Position numbers and translations under genes: made by a program. DNA of 32,000 bases from Candidatus Brocadia sp. GTDB taxonomy: Bacteria; Planctomycetota; Brocadiia; Brocadiales; Brocadiaceae. The DNA lies in NCBI GenBank assembly GCA_021650915.1, contig CP091279.1, forward strand, positions 3,420,001 to 3,452,000, read 5' to 3'. Below the pieces are notes generated by a model that was given only the letters and a program-made list of their open reading frames with translations, was not told the DNA's origin and did no database searches. Positions 7,830 to 17,411 of the stretch are shown one piece after another; within the stretch, counting starts at the first letter, position 1; each line of letters starts with the position of its first letter.

Positions 7830-8815
7830 TAGTGTGTCCTGTTTTGAATGTAATACTCAAAAGTTTGTTTCAAACCATATTTAAGCAAAATACACGGCGA
7901 CCATCCCAACGATTGATTGATCTTGGTATAGTTACTGTAATAATCTCCAATATCGATTGCTTTGAGATCGGAAGGGAAGGGCACAATTTCATATGTCCCT
8001 TCCCGAAAGATTTCGATCAGCAGAGCAGCCAAATTTTTCAGATTAATATTTTCAGTACTCCCTAAATTAAACACCTCACCATCCGCTTTGGGGTTAATTG
8101 CCGCTATCAAGAGAGCATCCACTACATCACTAACATAATTAAAATCACGTATTTGCAATCCATCACCAAATACTTTAATAGGTTTTCCTTCAAGTAGATT
8201 TTTCACCCAAATTCCCAAGAATGTTTGTCGTGCATCCTTTACACGCATGCCTGGGCCATAGGTATTGGTCAAGCGCAAAGCACAGGCCCTAATTTTATAA
8301 ACATTGTTATAGAGCAAATGGTACCACTCGCCTGCCAGCTTATTAATGCCATTCACATCGACAGGACGAATTGGATGTTTTTCATCTACTGGCAGGTACT
8401 CTGGCTTACCATAAATTTGGCGAGTACTGGCAAAAACAATTTTTATATTCGGATTGTGTTTACGACAGGCTTCAAGAATGGATAACTGGGCAGAAGCATT
8501 AATATTAAGGTCGGTTTGTGGATCATTCATAGAATCTATATGACTGGTTTGCCCTGCCAAGTTAAATAAATAGTTTTGTTTCTGAACAAGATACGCCATG
8601 GCGTAAGGATCCCTAACATCGCTGATATTTACTGTCACCTGGTCCTTTATATCGTGAATATTAAAAAAATTACCACCGTAGAGAGGTATGAGACTATCTA
8701 CTAATGTGACTTTTGCGTTAAGTTGAACCAAGCGTCGAGCAAGCGATGAGCCAATAAAACCAAGCCCGCCAGTTATGAGCACTTTTGCATTAGAAAATTT
8801 CAGGAAATCTCTCAT
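7820..8815 (-). CDS. NAD-dependent epimerase/dehydratase (extended SDR) with an atypical active-site position
   Basis: Rossmann motif VLITGGLGFIGSSLARRL, plus FASTRQIYG and LRLTNTYGPGM. NGINK occupies the position where YxxxK is expected. Confidence 0.8.
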   Translation of the reverse strand: MRDFLKFSNAKVLITGGLGFIGSSLARRLVQLNAKVTLVDSLIPLYGGNFFNIHDIKDQVTVNISDVRDPYAMAYLVQKQNYLFNLAGQTSHIDSMNDPQTDLNINASAQLSILEACRKHNPNIKIVFASTRQIYGKPEYLPVDEKHPIRPVDVNGINKLAGEWYHLLYNNVYKIRACALRLTNTYGPGMRVKDARQTFLGIWVKNLLEGKPIKVFGDGLQIRDFNYVSDVVDALLIAAINPKADGEVFNLGSTENINLKNLAALLIEIFREGTYEIVPFPSDLKAIDIGDYYSNYTKINQSLGWSPCILLKYGLKQTFEYYIQNRTHYWD

Positions 8816-9543
8816 ACCGTCTTTTTCTTTTTTAATAGAACCACGCTATCCAGATATAAATCTTCATTCTTTGGTAACACCTTTGAAAGTAATTCTCCCA
8901 AAATAGTAAAAGGAGACATCAAAAAAAATGTAGTGAAGAGATTTACGAACACGTTTTTTGTGAGTGTTTTTTTATAGATATAGCAATTCAGCAGTTGGAA
9001 GATCACTCTGATATCGCTGATGCTTTTTCGACATTCGATTACTTCAAAACCAGATTTTTCTAATAAATATTTCAAACCAAAAGAAGAGTAACGTGCGTAA
9101 TCAAAAGGTTGTTCATGTTCATCCCAGACAAATGGAACTGTCATAAGTAGTATTCCATTCGGTTTTAATACCCTGTATATTTCACTTAAGAAATCAGATG
9201 GACGAAAAACATGTTCAAGGACTTCATTGACAATTACACTGTCAAATTCATCGTTCTGAAACGGAAAGGTAGTTCCATTATAAAAATAGTCGGCTTTTTT
9301 GTTTTTCCTGTTTGCAACGGCATCGAGCTCAAGACCAATATAACTTGTAGTACTTAAAAAAAGTTTTTCATAAGGCTTCGTGCCACAACCTACATCCAAA
9401 GTTCTTCCTGTAATGTGTGGAGCCCATAGGGAAATATGCCGAAATAAGCCTTTTCTGGAAAAATAATACGGGTTAAAGAAAAGTGCCAGAATTCCTGGTT
9501 GAAATTGCTCTTTTCTTAATGCATGCTTTATTTTCTCAATCAT
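8812..9543 (-). CDS. Class I SAM-dependent methyltransferase
   Basis: LDVGCGTKPYEKLF (motif I), VIVNEVLEHV, LKPNGILLMTVPF. Confidence 0.8.
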   Translation of the reverse strand: MIEKIKHALRKEQFQPGILALFFNPYYFSRKGLFRHISLWAPHITGRTLDVGCGTKPYEKLFLSTTSYIGLELDAVANRKNKKADYFYNGTTFPFQNDEFDSVIVNEVLEHVFRPSDFLSEIYRVLKPNGILLMTVPFVWDEHEQPFDYARYSSFGLKYLLEKSGFEVIECRKSISDIRVIFQLLNCYIYKKTLTKNVFVNLFTTFFLMSPFTILGELLSKVLPKNEDLYLDSVVLLKKKKTV

Positions 9544-11270
9544 CTGTTTTTCAGTTCAAAAATAAAACCCATAAAAGATGAAAATTGAATATTTGATTTA
9601 TCGGTTGATTCAAAATCTACAATTAGTTGATATTTTTCTGAAAAAAGATTGAGAAAGTTAGTTAAATTAAAAAACCACACAGGATAACTTGCATCATATA
9701 TTTCAGGGGGGACTTTTTGCACGGCTATTCGATCCCCTCCCCTCTGCAAGAAAGGTGTTCTGTCTATAATGATATGTTCGAATCTATTTTTTATAATTGT
9801 CTCCAGCAAGGCATAAGGGTATGGAATGTATTGAAGCACACTTGACAAAAGTATTGCTTGCGGATTCTCTTTTATGACGCATTCCTTGAAATCAAAGTAA
9901 AATTTTAAATTATCATTTTCAAAAAACTTTTTCCCAACTTGCACAAAATGTTCCTGTTCCACAATACACCATTTTAATTCACTTACATGGCTTAAAAAAA
10001 GTTTATTTTGAAAATAAGATGTGCCTAAAGATCCACCGAAATCTAATAAAGTGAGCCTATTGTTATTCCGCGATGCAATCCATAGCAATCCCGCTAATAA
10101 AGGCCATGAATATTGGACTTTATCAAACAAGACAGAATCCCGTTCACCAGATGCTTCACCGTTTTTGACTTTTAAAAGAGCATCCGTAACCTTTTTGAGA
10201 ATGATTTCCGAATCATATCCGGCAGAAGCCTTTTTGGCTGCTTCCCAATCAGGATAATTTCCAAAAAAACCATATTTTGCTGCTTTATTTTTGTAAATTC
10301 TAAAAATAACAGGTGGAGTAATTTCGCGTATGATTTGGGCAATCGTAGTTTTTTTACATATCTTTGACACTTTACCAAAAATCTTACCGGACAAAGAAAC
10401 AGAAGAGAATGTGTTTGTTCTAAAATAGTCTTCAAATATTTTTAGGGCAGATTCGTTTTCTACTATAGGAATGTGTTCGATCCGAATAGGTTTCTTAGCG
10501 ATTGTCGTGTTAAAAATATCCGTTGCAGAGCAATGCGTTCCACTTCCGTCATTTCCATTATTATGGATCAACGACATGCCAGGATATAAGGTAAGCTTTT
10601 CTTTTAAAAATAATGAAGCGTGCCATCGGATTGCCCAGGAATGATTCTTTCCTTTAGCCTGATCTTTTAACATTCTTGTGTACGGATATGTGCCGTTCAG
10701 ATCAAACTTTCTCAGAAGATTATTTTTCTTCAATTCATATAAAAGCTTACTTCCATCTGTTTCAAACAAATTCCAGCCTCTTTTCCAGGTAGCCCATCCC
10801 CAACAGTCAGCACCTCTCAAGAAAAACGTTTCTGGAAGCAGGGTTTTGAGTGGATAAATATAACCATGAATACTTGCAACCCTTTCCTCATCTTCATAAA
10901 ATTCCAAGGCTTCATTCATGAATCTCAAAAAGTATGGAGAACTGATCATATCATCTTCAAGCACAATGATTCTGCCATAACGATTAATTATTTCTGTAAC
11001 ACCTGTAATAATGGAATTCCCAAGACCGAGGTTTTGTTCTCTTTCTACGATGTTGACGCTCTTAAAGCCTGAGATTGTTTTGATATACTTCCGTACCGCC
11101 AATACTTTTTCTTTATCGGCTTCAGACTTTGGACCGTCCGAAAACACAAAAAGTTCGCTAAATTCTGCCAATTCATTTTTATTCAATGACTCAACAGTCT
11201 GTCGTAAATGCCAAGGGCGATTATAAACAAATAAGGCGATTGGCGCTAATTCCATCTTTATCCCCCACAC
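9540..11270 (-). CDS. Fusion protein: N-terminal GT-A glycosyltransferase plus C-terminal methyltransferase-like domain (my recollection: LIC12133/TIGR04325-like)
   Basis: The N-terminal half aligns at about 70% with 14995-15891 (MELAPIALFVYNR..., IIVLEDDM, GADCWGWATWKRGW). The C-terminal half aligns with 14160-15014 (YGFFGNYPDWEAA, LLDFGGSLGTSYFQN, IIIDRTPF). The likely start is ATG 11255 (MELAPI), preceded by GGGGGA. Confidence 0.75.
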   Translation of the reverse strand: MWGIKMELAPIALFVYNRPWHLRQTVESLNKNELAEFSELFVFSDGPKSEADKEKVLAVRKYIKTISGFKSVNIVEREQNLGLGNSIITGVTEIINRYGRIIVLEDDMISSPYFLRFMNEALEFYEDEERVASIHGYIYPLKTLLPETFFLRGADCWGWATWKRGWNLFETDGSKLLYELKKNNLLRKFDLNGTYPYTRMLKDQAKGKNHSWAIRWHASLFLKEKLTLYPGMSLIHNNGNDGSGTHCSATDIFNTTIAKKPIRIEHIPIVENESALKIFEDYFRTNTFSSVSLSGKIFGKVSKICKKTTIAQIIREITPPVIFRIYKNKAAKYGFFGNYPDWEAAKKASAGYDSEIILKKVTDALLKVKNGEASGERDSVLFDKVQYSWPLLAGLLWIASRNNNRLTLLDFGGSLGTSYFQNKLFLSHVSELKWCIVEQEHFVQVGKKFFENDNLKFYFDFKECVIKENPQAILLSSVLQYIPYPYALLETIIKNRFEHIIIDRTPFLQRGGDRIAVQKVPPEIYDASYPVWFFNLTNFLNLFSEKYQLIVDFESTDKSNIQFSSFMGFIFELKNR

Positions 11271-12151
11271 TACGAATGAGGCTCGTTTAAATTAACTTTT
11301 ATTGGCTTTCTTAAAGCTGCTCTCAAGAAACCGATCATCTGGTAAACAGCGCCTTTCCAAACACGAAGCCAGTTAGGAAATTTCCATTGCCATGGACAAG
11401 CTAAAGCTATAAAAATAGTTAAAATCAGTGGATTCAATGCAGATTTTTTAGAAAAATATTTCTTCAGGAAATCAATAAAAGATCCATTTTTAAATTGGCG
11501 ATATCCCGTGGCGTCCTCATCCAGCCACAATCTCAGCAAAGGATCTGTCATTAATTTCATGCCTTTCCGCTGAGCACGAATTGTGAATTCATAATCTGAA
11601 AGATAGTGTGGCAATAACCTTGGATAAAAACCGCCAATCTCAAAGAAATCCGAAACTCGTAAAAACAATCCTCTGGTTGACAGACAGTTTATTTCCTCCG
11701 GTATAGCTACACGTTCAAAAGCTAATTTACGCCAATCAACGTGTACGCCGGCATCAATTAATTCCCGAGTTTTTTGATTATAACACTGTGCTAATAGTAG
11801 TGTTTTTGAATATTTCCGAAGTAAATACATCGCTTTTTCTAGAAAATCAGCCTCGAAATTTGTATCATCATTAATTATCAGTACCACATCATTCAATGGC
11901 AAATTTTGAGACTTTAGCCATTCATAACCATGCTGGAGCGAACCCGCCCACCACCAATTACCATATCCTTTAAGTGTCGTGATAGATGAAATAAGTTTAC
12001 GAACCATCTCTTCAGTACCATCTTTAGAACCGTCATCAATCAAAACCAAATGATACTGCCGAAATGTCTGGATTCTAAGACATTCTATAAAGCGTCTTGT
12101 CATATCCCGGCGGTTATGAACCGGAAGGAGGATATATATTTTCTCTGTCAT
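11270..12151 (-). CDS. Glycosyltransferase family 2
   Basis: IYILLPVHNRRDMTRRFIECLRIQT, LVLIDDGSKDGT, LIINDDTNF. Confidence 0.8.
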   Translation of the reverse strand: MTEKIYILLPVHNRRDMTRRFIECLRIQTFRQYHLVLIDDGSKDGTEEMVRKLISSITTLKGYGNWWWAGSLQHGYEWLKSQNLPLNDVVLIINDDTNFEADFLEKAMYLLRKYSKTLLLAQCYNQKTRELIDAGVHVDWRKLAFERVAIPEEINCLSTRGLFLRVSDFFEIGGFYPRLLPHYLSDYEFTIRAQRKGMKLMTDPLLRLWLDEDATGYRQFKNGSFIDFLKKYFSKKSALNPLILTIFIALACPWQWKFPNWLRVWKGAVYQMIGFLRAALRKPIKVNLNEPHS

Positions 12152-13107
12152 TTTTTCCTCAAAAAAAACAGGTAATTATCTCCCATACCAAGTGCATCAA
12201 AAAAACGGGTGATAATATGATTCATTTTCGAGAGCCTGGAGAGCGCAACTAATTTGAACAAAACCTTTTCTTTAAAACCTCGATTCATAAGAGGCGACCA
12301 GAATATTGAAGGCTCGCCCATTTTAGGAAATGTTAACAAATGTACCCACTGATAATACAGCCATTCGGTGTTGGTAATCGTCTTAAAGCGCTCAAAGCTT
12401 AATCCTGCCTGTTCTGCTACAAGTTTCATCGAATTTACAGAAAAAAATTGACAATGATACGGTACGTGCCAGTTAATCCAATAACGACCAAATAATTTTG
12501 CACCCCACCCATTGGAATTAGGAGTACTCAAAATGGCAACGCCTCCTGGCTTTAATACTTTAGCAATACCACGCATAGTTTCCAGAGGATCGTTGACATG
12601 TTCAATAACCTGGTCCATAGTAATGTAGTCAAAGAAATTAGACTCGTACAAGTTTGAATCAAACAAACCAACGTGTATTTTGTATCCAAATTTATCAGCA
12701 ACACGTCGGATATTTTCATCCACCTCGACACCGTAGGCATCACAACCACGGGATTGATGATATCCTAAGGTTTCACCTAATCCGCAACCAATATCCAATA
12801 CACATACGTTTTTAGGCACCCAACGAAAAGCGGAACAATACGCACCATCAAACCAGGCCTTAAAACCATAGCGCTCTTGGTAAGGTTGGTAGTGTTTCAG
12901 ATCAAACGTTGAGCGCGGGTAATAGTTGGAGTAAAGATTGCACAGCAACTCTGGAGAAAACTCCCCTTGCAAAGATGCATGCCCACAACTACTGCACTTC
13001 CAAATCGGAAATATCCCGGGATAACCGTAACGGTCATCGTAAAGTGTAAACAACCTGAAAAATTCTTGTAATCCACAAATACGGCATATTAATGTTCTAT
13101 TATTCAT
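12148..13107 (-). CDS. Class I SAM-dependent methyltransferase with N-terminal CxxC...CxxC zinc-ribbon-like motif
   Basis: CRICG...CSSCG, LDIGCGLGETLGY, MDQVIEHVNDP, LKPGGVAILSTPN. Confidence 0.8.
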   Translation of the reverse strand: MNNRTLICRICGLQEFFRLFTLYDDRYGYPGIFPIWKCSSCGHASLQGEFSPELLCNLYSNYYPRSTFDLKHYQPYQERYGFKAWFDGAYCSAFRWVPKNVCVLDIGCGLGETLGYHQSRGCDAYGVEVDENIRRVADKFGYKIHVGLFDSNLYESNFFDYITMDQVIEHVNDPLETMRGIAKVLKPGGVAILSTPNSNGWGAKLFGRYWINWHVPYHCQFFSVNSMKLVAEQAGLSFERFKTITNTEWLYYQWVHLLTFPKMGEPSIFWSPLMNRGFKEKVLFKLVALSRLSKMNHIITRFFDALGMGDNYLFFLRKK

Positions 13108-13148
13108 CTATCAAAACGACCATTGACGACTGCGACATTTTCTTTATC

Positions 13149-14147
13149 TTAAATCCTCTTTTCATTGTATAGATGCCTGACATTCTCATATTGCAGAGCT
13201 TTTTGAGTCCAGCTTTTTATAGAAGCAATAAATCCGGTTTGTTCTGGACAAGGTCGGGCACCATGAGGGTCAAAGTCGCCAACTAAATTAGCAACCCGTT
13301 TCTTTACATCTTTTAAGTGTCTTATATAAGGCATATATAAAAGGCGTTTTACCTTATTCGAAAGATCATAACCGCCATTAGTGAGTTCCACAGTATTATT
13401 TTGGAAAAACTTCAGCGCATGATAATGAAAGAATACGATTTCAAACGCCCTGTCACTTTTTACTTCTTTTCCGCAAACTTGGCCTTGTTTCAAAAATACT
13501 TCGTATTGCTGAACATTCCAGGGGGCAACGCCGCCTCCTAGGTGCTCAAGCTCATGCACACCCCCGAATCGCGTTGTCCAATCATCAAGATACTTCTGAT
13601 CCCCGCATTTTCCTTCATTGGGATTCAACTCACACGAATCGATGCATGCATGTCGCCACCATTTAAGGACTCTCAAACCCCGAACATCGTTCCTGAATGT
13701 CATGAATTGAACGCAATATTTTCCAGACGTTACGGTACTATCATACTTTGGAGTGTATCTGTGGGCCGTAATAATTACAGAATCGTTCTTCAGTTCGTCG
13801 AGAAGAACTTTCGGAGAAGAATAAAAGTAGGTATCCGCATCAAGGTATGTGCATTCGCGCAACCCAAATTTTTCAATAGAGTACAAGATTATTGACGGTG
13901 TGCAAGTCCAACAATACTCTGCACGTGTTCGTTGTCGCTTTATATTGATGAGTTCAATATCCTCAAACTCATGAAGAGATATTATCTGAGCATATTTAAA
14001 ATCAAGTTTTGTCAAAGTCTTATAGCACAAATCATCAAAGGCGAATATATAAAGCCGGAAGTCTTTGCAATGCATTGCCAGAGATTCATACAATGCAACA
14101 CCGCGGGACAGATAATTGGAATCAAAAAGGGTGCAGAAGTTAAGCAT
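13149..14147 (-). CDS. GT-A fold glycosyltransferase (GT8-like, DXD), paralog of 5771-6733
   Basis: FCTLFDSNYLSRG, CTYLDADTYFY, GDQKYLDDW, GGGVAPWNV. Confidence 0.65.
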   Translation of the reverse strand: MLNFCTLFDSNYLSRGVALYESLAMHCKDFRLYIFAFDDLCYKTLTKLDFKYAQIISLHEFEDIELINIKRQRTRAEYCWTCTPSIILYSIEKFGLRECTYLDADTYFYSSPKVLLDELKNDSVIITAHRYTPKYDSTVTSGKYCVQFMTFRNDVRGLRVLKWWRHACIDSCELNPNEGKCGDQKYLDDWTTRFGGVHELEHLGGGVAPWNVQQYEVFLKQGQVCGKEVKSDRAFEIVFFHYHALKFFQNNTVELTNGGYDLSNKVKRLLYMPYIRHLKDVKKRVANLVGDFDPHGARPCPEQTGFIASIKSWTQKALQYENVRHLYNEKRI

Positions 14148-14159
14148 AGCTTTATCTAT

Positions 14160-15014
14160 TTACTTCCTTCTATTTCTGAATATAAAACCTTTATCATTTG
14201 CAATAGTATCCTCTAGTTTTATTTGACCAGCCAGTGCATCAAAATCCACAACAAGTTCATAATCGTTTTTTAAAAAATCAAGAAATTTCATTTCACTTAA
14301 GAACCAGACTGGATAACTTGCCTCATAAATAGCAGGCGATACTTTTTGAACTGTAAGCCGATCTTTCCCTTTTGCTAAGAAAGGAGTCCTGTCAACAATT
14401 ATGTAAGTAAAATTTAGATTCAATACATCCTGTAATAAAGCGTAGGGCCTTTCAAGATAAGGAAGAACACTGGATAGAACAATTGTCTCTGGATGCTGAT
14501 CCTTAATACAATCGTCCATATTTTTATAGAATTTCAGATGCTCATCTTCAAAATAAAGCTTCCCGCATTCAACAAATCTTGCTTGTTCAATAATATTCCA
14601 TTGCAACTCTTGGAGATTCTCAAGGAACTTCCTGTTCTGAAAATAGGTACTACCCAGAGATCCTCCATAGTCTATAAGATTAAGAGAGTTATTGTTTTGT
14701 GAAGCAATCCACATAAGACCAGCCAATACTGGCCAGGAGTATTCTATCTTGTCAAAAAGTACTGAATCCCTCTCATAGACTGCATCTCCATTTTTAACTT
14801 TAAGCAAGGCATCTTTGACTTTTTCAAGTATTAATTCAGAACCATACCCTGATGAATCCTTCAGAGCATCTTCCCACGTCGGATATTCGCCGAAAAAGCC
14901 GTATTGCGATGCAACCCTCCTGTAAGACCTTACAAATATAGGTGGAATCAAATCTTTTAAAATACTTTTCATTAGCTCGCCCTTGCAGTCTGTTTTATTT
15001 AAAGACCTTAACAA
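14160..15014 (-). CDS. Stand-alone methyltransferase-like protein homologous to the C-terminal half of 9540-11270
   Basis: YGFFGEYPTWEDA, LIDYGGSLGSTYFQN, IIVDRTPFLAKGKDRLTVQKV. The likely start is ATG 14972 (MKSILKDLIPP), 22 nt after the upstream TAA and in a different frame. Confidence 0.7.
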   Translation of the reverse strand: MLRSLNKTDCKGELMKSILKDLIPPIFVRSYRRVASQYGFFGEYPTWEDALKDSSGYGSELILEKVKDALLKVKNGDAVYERDSVLFDKIEYSWPVLAGLMWIASQNNNSLNLIDYGGSLGSTYFQNRKFLENLQELQWNIIEQARFVECGKLYFEDEHLKFYKNMDDCIKDQHPETIVLSSVLPYLERPYALLQDVLNLNFTYIIVDRTPFLAKGKDRLTVQKVSPAIYEASYPVWFLSEMKFLDFLKNDYELVVDFDALAGQIKLEDTIANDKGFIFRNRRK

Positions 15015-15891
15015 GAATGCCCTTCAGACGACCCATAATATCAGGTCCTATGGACTTAAAATATTTTTCTACTTCTCTTAAAGCATGACAGTTCTCTTCA
15101 ATCCGAATATTCCCTGTTCTAACAGACGACACGGAAACATATGTGTCGTATACACCTATCATCCCACAGTGAGTCCCGCTGCCATCGGTTCCTATATTGC
15201 GTATTAACGATCTTCCCGGATACAAGGTCAGCCTGTCTTTTACAAAAGCCGATGCATACCACCTGATTGCCCAGGAATCATTTTTCCCATTAATCTGATC
15301 TTTAAGCATTTCTGAATAAGGGTATGCCCCCTTAATATCAAACTTCTTTTGCAGTCCAGACCTTTTTATTTCATCCAAAAGTTTCCGTCCATCAGCCTCG
15401 AATAAATCCCATCCCCGTTTCCATGTAGCCCATCCCCAACAGTCCGCACCTCTCAAAAAGAACGTTTCAGGAAGCTCGATTTTTACAGGATAAATGTACC
15501 CATGTATACTTATGACTTTTTCTTTATCTCTATAAAATTCCAGAGACTCATTCATAAATTTTAAAAAAAAAGTCGACGTTACCATATCATCTTCCAATAC
15601 AATTATTCTCCCATATTTGCCTACAACTTCTGTAACTCCTTTAATAATAGACTGGGCCAATCCAAAATTAAGTTCTCTTTCTATAATTGTCACGTTTTTA
15701 AAGCCAGAAATTGTTTTAGCATAATTTCTCACCATTAATACATTTTCTCTATCGGCTTCGGATTTTGGACCATCTGAAAATATGATAAGTTCACTTTCTG
15801 AAGCAAGATAATTTTTTTTCAATGCCTCAATGGTTTGTTGTGTATGCCACAGGCGATTGTAAACAAACAATGATATTGGAGCTAATTCCAC
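14995..15891 (-). CDS. Stand-alone GT-A glycosyltransferase homologous to the N-terminal half of 9540-11270
   Basis: MELAPISLFVYNRLWHTQQTIEAL, IIFSDGPKSEAD, IIVLEDDM, GADCWGWATWKRGW, NIGTDGSGTHC. Confidence 0.7.
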   Translation of the reverse strand: MELAPISLFVYNRLWHTQQTIEALKKNYLASESELIIFSDGPKSEADRENVLMVRNYAKTISGFKNVTIIERELNFGLAQSIIKGVTEVVGKYGRIIVLEDDMVTSTFFLKFMNESLEFYRDKEKVISIHGYIYPVKIELPETFFLRGADCWGWATWKRGWDLFEADGRKLLDEIKRSGLQKKFDIKGAYPYSEMLKDQINGKNDSWAIRWYASAFVKDRLTLYPGRSLIRNIGTDGSGTHCGMIGVYDTYVSVSSVRTGNIRIEENCHALREVEKYFKSIGPDIMGRLKGILVKVFK

Positions 15892-15967
15892 TTTTCCTTC
15901 CTGTTACACTTAGGTAAGTTCCATCGGTCATAGCGAGAATTTATCTCTGGAATTATTTTTTGCCGCT

Positions 15968-16663
15968 TCATAATGTAGAATTTAGTATCTTACCATCTTT
16001 GCTTATTACAAGGTAATCAAAGCGCGTATGCCATAACATCATATTCATAAATAAACTGCGATTGTTATGTATCGTTTCCTGGATAGGATTCGTCCATTTA
16101 GATTGAAATTGCTCAAAAAAATAATTTGTTCCTAAACCTATGAGTTCACTATTTTTCCATTCCAAAAAAATTATTGTATCTCCCAGAACTTCAATATGCC
16201 ATCTATGATGGAACGGTAAACGAATAAAATTAAATAATATATCAGATGTCTTTGTTGGAGTTTCGATATAACCGCGTTTCCCAATTCTCATTAATTCATC
16301 GCATGCTCTTGCAGGGTCTTCAGTATGCTCTAAAACATGTGAACAATATAGAAAATCAAATGCCTTATCGGCGAAAGGCATAGCGCCTATATTACAAACA
16401 ATAAAAGGACGGTTATCGATTTTAAGAGGCCTAAATCTATGCGTTGTATCGCCTAGATAAAGATCAGCAAGGTGTGTTGCTAGTGGGAATGGGTCTTGTC
16501 CGCTTCCTATATCTAAAACTTTTTCTCCTTGGTGAATGTCAAAGTTTATATGCTTAAACTGATAGGAAAAACGTTCAAATTCATATCCGCATCCTTTTTT
16601 TAAAAGCTTGATATCAAATTTTAGGACATCATTTATAAAATTTTTTATTAGTTGCTTCATCAT
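15968..16663 (-). CDS. Class I SAM-dependent methyltransferase
   Basis: VLDIGSGQDPFP (motif I), FDFLYCSHVLEHTEDP, GKRGYIETP. Confidence 0.75.
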   Translation of the reverse strand: MMKQLIKNFINDVLKFDIKLLKKGCGYEFERFSYQFKHINFDIHQGEKVLDIGSGQDPFPLATHLADLYLGDTTHRFRPLKIDNRPFIVCNIGAMPFADKAFDFLYCSHVLEHTEDPARACDELMRIGKRGYIETPTKTSDILFNFIRLPFHHRWHIEVLGDTIIFLEWKNSELIGLGTNYFFEQFQSKWTNPIQETIHNNRSLFMNMMLWHTRFDYLVISKDGKILNSTL

Positions 16664-16679
16664 CTATATTTTGATGGTC

Positions 16680-17408
16680 TTAATTACCGACTTTTAGCCA
16701 TATGGAAGTTCGCCAAAAATATGAACAATATGGTCCAGGCCCGTAGAAATCTATTTTCTCCCAATTCGTATTATTAAGATTCTCGTGTATGTTGAAATAA
16801 TATTCCCTCTCGGCATTATCCAAAACAAAATAACCACCCAGCCTAACTTTTGAAACAGCATGTTTGAAACAAGAGGGCCTTGCCCGACCATCAACCATGA
16901 CCAAGTCAAAATACTCATCAGGGTATTCATCTATTTTTTTGACATATTTTTCAAAAGATTGGCCACGGTAATTCTTATCTTCCGATTTATAAGAATCTAT
17001 ATCAGCAATATTTTCATATTGAGATTTATCTGAAATCGTGGGTTCAATGAGCCATAGATGTGAGTTACCGTGTCCCAGCACGTTAACTTTATCACTAACA
17101 ACTTTCCACCATGATTTATCATGCTCTACTGAAATGACAGTTTTAACCCGTTCTGCAAAAAAAAGAGTCGAGCCTCCTGAGCCGTATTCAAATACCATCA
17201 TATCTTTTGTTAATATAGCATCTAAATACTTAATAGCGGTAAATACAATCCATGGCCTCTTATCGCTTAAAGCACTTTTCTCTCCATTTTGACTGATCCA
17301 CCATGGGAAAAAGTATTTAATCAGTTCTAGTATATTAAAATTTTGTGAATATTCTTTTCGCAGCTTTTTTGATTCTATCAAATAACTTTTTATTCTTACC
17401 GAAAACAT
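16680..17408 (-). CDS. Putative class I SAM-dependent methyltransferase (weak assignment)
   Basis: VFEYGSGGSTLFFA resembles SAM motif I. DLVMVDGRARPSC and GGYFVLDN lie downstream. No other motif was recognised. Confidence 0.45.
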   Translation of the reverse strand: MFSVRIKSYLIESKKLRKEYSQNFNILELIKYFFPWWISQNGEKSALSDKRPWIVFTAIKYLDAILTKDMMVFEYGSGGSTLFFAERVKTVISVEHDKSWWKVVSDKVNVLGHGNSHLWLIEPTISDKSQYENIADIDSYKSEDKNYRGQSFEKYVKKIDEYPDEYFDLVMVDGRARPSCFKHAVSKVRLGGYFVLDNAEREYYFNIHENLNNTNWEKIDFYGPGPYCSYFWRTSIWLKVGN

Positions 17409-17411
17409 AGA

